Positions 59,888 through 64,000 of a stretch of DNA of 64,000 nt are shown here, piece by piece (the first letter of the stretch is position 1; the number at the start of each line of letters is the position of its first letter). A model generated the notes under the pieces. It saw nothing but the letters and a program-made list of their open reading frames with translations. It searched no databases and had not been told where the DNA came from. Source of the stretch: Iphione sp. A-MEVVRFRX5 (Eukaryota); assembly GCA_976226885.1 (NCBI GenBank), contig OZ320313.1:158596001-158660000 (forward strand). The letters run 5' to 3'. Both the position numbers and the translations under genes were made by a program.

Positions 59888-61499
59888 GTTTATTATACGA
59901 CCAAATACAGCGTTACAAAGGAAAATTTTGGTGACAATATTATGTTTTGACTTGCCTCGGTTTTTGTGGACACCATCTTGAAATTCTTTGGCTTCCGGTT
60001 GTATTGCATTCCGTGCAAATTATTTACTTTTTAGATTTCTTGAACATAATGACAATATTAGATGATTTAAGACAAAAACACAAAAATAAATAACACTTGA
60101 TTGGTACATACATACAGATATACACTACCTACTGTATTTACATATACATGTACAGCTATACACATATACACTGTACACCAATCAATACTCTCTGCCTAGA
60201 TCCTCTCTGTCCCTGCTGCCCCCTCTTCCTACTCACATCACTGCACATATATATACAGCATACCAACCACTGCCCTGTCTCCTAAACATACTTGCATACT
60301 CACATTTATAGGCACCACCTATCTCTGCATACACTCCACATCCCATCCACTACTACCTTGTCCATATCTACACACTGAGGTAGTAATGTATATGTAGTGG
60401 CACTGACTTCACCAACCCCTACCCTAACTGACACAGGTTCACCACATAACATACATGTACATGTATATGCAAAGAAATATGTAAAAACACTGAGCCAGTA
60501 TTTCATATGTAGTGGAACTAACTTCTTGTATTTAGTGAGAGTAGTTTTTTTTTACATGTACATTTTCACATGTCAGAATATGTGCTTATACTGCTTCTAT
60601 TATAAAAACAACAATATTACATTATTTCCATAGCATACAGTTGATGGATATCACTTTTACAGCTATATTCAGTGTCTCTACTAGAATGGATGGTTTTATG
60701 CTTCCACAGACATGAGCAGTACTGCAAAATTTCAATCACTTCCAAACAGGTGGAGTGTGGTACTATGGAAAGTGTTGCAACCTGACCTAAGCATCTTGAT
60801 GAAAGAGTGTCCTCTCAAAAATACAGTAAATGTGTTATTAAGAAACAAAATCTGAACTTAACTGGTTCCCCGTACACACCTATATTTATATATCCAGTCA
60901 TAATGTGCAGGGTATCTTATAAATGCTAAACAGCATATGCTGGGTAACTCATCTTTCTTATTTATTAAACCACTGCAACATTTTAAACATTATATGCAAA
61001 CTGTTCAATATTGGCCTCTCACTGGCAGGAGATTATCCTCTGGTAGCTTTTCCCAGAAGATTCATCTGGCAAGGGTGCTATCATTAGAATCTGTGGTGTT
61101 GTAGATCCTAGACATATTGTCAGGTCTTCCAGCTGTTTAGTTAGCACCCTCAACTTCATTGATTGTAAGCTCCATCAGGTACACCAGTCATCCCTGAAGA
61201 TAGGTTGTATGAGATACATGTATTTCAACTTTATACAATGGAATATATTCCTACATGTGACCATATGGCAAGACATAATGTTAAGATAGTGCTGAAAATA
61301 CAGGGTTTAAGTTACTGATACAGTGAAATTTTCCTTGAAGCATTGTTAACTTTTTAGTGCATAACAAAGGCCTACATCCTATTGCAATGCTACACAGGTA
61401 CCTCCTGTAGAGAAGAAAAGTGGGTTAAAGTAATGATGAAAAAATGTAAAATTTGGAAACTGTAACCAATAAAAAACCTTGAAATGGAACACATTATAT

Positions 61500-61600
61500 C
61501 AACAGGCGGAACCACTGACCATCTGTTCCCTTTCGCACCAGCAGGTCTCTATGACTAATGACGGATCAGGCTGGGAATCGAACCCAGTTACCTACTGACA
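61500..61600 (-). mobile_element. Possible tRNA-derived SINE fragment
   Basis: GGGAATCGAACCC at 61573-61585 is the B-box GGGTTCGATTCCC on -. No complete cloverleaf or A-box. Confidence 0.35.
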
Positions 61601-61648
61601 TAATGTGTGTATATATCTATATGTTATATTCTATATACGGAGTTTTAA

Positions 61649-62390
61649 AATAGGCCCTATCCTACACCTGGGAGTAAGACTGACTCCTACATGTATACTA
61701 CATAATATGTCTGGACACTTTATATGTAGGACTACAGGTAGTAATACATATGAGGTAGTACTACATATAAAATAGGCCCTATCCTACACCTGAGAGTAAG
61801 ACTTACTCCTACATGTATACTACATGATATATCTGAGACATTATTATATGTAGGAGTACAGGTAGGAATGCATGTGTGGTAGTACTACACATACAACAGG
61901 CCTTATCCTACACAGGGGAGACAGACTGACTCCTACATGTATACTACATAATATGTCTGGACACTTTATATGTAGGACTACAGGTAGTAATACATATGAG
62001 GTAGTACTACATATAAAATAGGCCCTATCCTACACCTGAGAGTAAGACTTACTCCTACATGTATACTACATGATATATCTGAGACATTATTATATGTAGG
62101 AGTACAGGTAGAAATGCATGTGTGGTAGTACTACACATACAACAGGCCTTATCCTACACAGGGGAGACAGACTGACTCCTACATGTATACTACATGATAT
62201 ATCAGAGATATTATTATATGTAGGAGTACAGGTAGGAATGCATGTGGGGTAGTACTACATATAAATCAGGCTGTCCTACACCTGGGAGTAAGACTGACTC
62301 ATACATGTATACTACATGATATATCAGAGACATTATTATATGTAGGAGTACAGGTAGGAATACATGTGTAGTAAAAATACATACTATATA
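61649..62390 (+). repeat. Satellite array, 6 units of 122/124 bp with a 246-bp higher-order period
   Basis: Unit starts near 61649, 61771, 61895, 62017, 62141 and 62265; alternate units share diagnostic variants. Confidence 0.92.
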
Positions 62391-64000
62391 CATTGTACTA
62401 AGACTGACTGCATCTAACCATAAACTTCATCCTAGAGTGAAACAGCCTGAGACAAAACATCACATAATAAGAATAAGAATAATAATAATAATAATAATAA
62501 TATATAGACACTATAGGTAGGGGTAGTAGTAAATATACATGTATACCTGCTACCAAGAACACCCACCTCGGCATATTCTATATCCTAGAGTGAAACTGAC
62601 TGAGAGCAAACACCAAATAAATGTACACGGTATATACATGCACACTGATATAGGTAGGGATAGTATTAAATGCAGAGTGGGTACTTACTGATAACTTGAG
62701 ATCAATGAACGTGGCAATAACTGGTCAGCAGTGTCAGCAATCTTGAGCTTGGTATGGACGTGTAGTCAGAAGTGTCATCCGAATAAGACTGATTAAACTC
62801 GTTCAGAATGGCATCTTTTACATCGTTCATGTCACTCCTAGTTGGCCTGGAGAGCACCATGCTTCATGGCAGGAATAACTCATGGGATGGCATGAACGAC
62901 TCATGTTACTAACTAGGGGAGGGAGGGCATCGCCCTGCCCCTGCTGCTGGCCGTAGCACAGCCGTACCTACCCGCTAAACTTGTTGGGCCCATCTGACTG
63001 AGCAAGGACTTCAGAGGAGACACGGGCCAGAGGTGCAGTGCTACATTCAGCAAGGCCGCCTTGTTGGGGGCCCTTTGATGTGTTGCCATTGCTGCCACCA
63101 GAGGCTGGGCGACTTAGCGCACAAACAGAATGGACTGCAGCCTGCTATTAAAGTAGCCGTGGGTGCCAGTGAAGGGCTGGGCACTCAAGGAGAGCTTGTC
63201 ACATTTTTTAATATCCTTGTCACAAAAGAACCAAAATTCAGCACTAAAGCAGTGGTAAAGAATGAATGCTGTCATTTTTTTATGTCTTTGTTGTACGTTT
63301 TTTGCAAAATGTGACAGGTTGCCCATCCCTGCAGTGGTGCCTGGTCAAGGGGAAGGAAGGTGTGTATGGATATACGGTTGGCTCCTACTCATTAACAACA
63401 AAACACACAGAGTGGAGAACTGGACAGAGTGGCCAAACATCACAATTTTTTAATACATAGAAAGTGGGATGAGACGATACATTAAACATGTAATAATCAG
63501 ATAGCCCCATCACACTGTCTTCACCAAGCCCTTCTCCTCCCATCACAACTCTCGATGTACGTTGGCATCGTTTTTTTCACAAAAATAAGGTAGTTAGTCA
63601 GGTTTAGCATAGCTCATGTTATTCCTTGCATCATTACCTTCAAAATGACGTTTTTTGCATTAAAATCGGACCAATATTAAGGAAGTTAGGGTGGGACTAT
63701 TTTCTCGAGGATTTAGAAAGCCTTTTAGTGTGCACAGGCTCCAGTGTATCATGATGCAATGCCACGAGGAGCATCGAGGAGGTAGCCACTGCACAGATTC
63801 ATGGATTTAAAGGAAATTAAGCACTGTCAGCGACTCATATGAATGTGTCTCTTCAGGAACACATATACGAAGGAGAAGATAAAGTGTTAAAGGTGGGCTT
63901 TACTTCTAAATCATTATTTTCATATGATTTGTATTGTTCTCCATGTCACAACAAACGAAGCTAGGGCCAGGGTACCAGTGAACAACACCTCCTTCCTCTT

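Overview
Eukaryotic (metazoan) genomic window with GT-AG introns. Gene models, intron density and TE families suggest an invertebrate chordate such as a lancelet; this is inference, not verified. Host genes reconstructed exon by exon: (1) the 3' half of a RICH-family RhoGAP (ARHGAP17/ARHGAP44/SH3BP1 co-ortholog, + strand, upstream exons outside the window) with a large alternative exon; (2) an intronless exosome subunit EXOSC5/RRP46 (-); (3) a 12-exon DDX5/DDX17 (p68/p72) DEAD-box helicase (+, 764 aa); (4) a 19-exon EIF3L (-, 537 aa). Mobile and repetitive DNA: a young 5'-truncated LINE with an uninterrupted RT ORF, a decayed DIRS1-type tyrosine-recombinase retrotransposon whose ITR/ICR termini are recoverable, an abutting Ngaro/PAT-like YR element interrupted by a Harbinger MITE, an ~86-bp ends-only DIRS derivative in an EIF3L intron, a solo LTR, MITEs, several minisatellites, an H2B pseudogene fragment with its 3' stem-loop, and a 138-N assembly gap. 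The strongest candidate system is an autoregulatory module in the DDX5/17 motif-V intron: a poison-exon candidate, a hairpin over the true 3' splice site, and a 26-nt element repeated exactly downstream of the stop codon. No prokaryotic features, CRISPR arrays, rRNA or tRNA genes were found.
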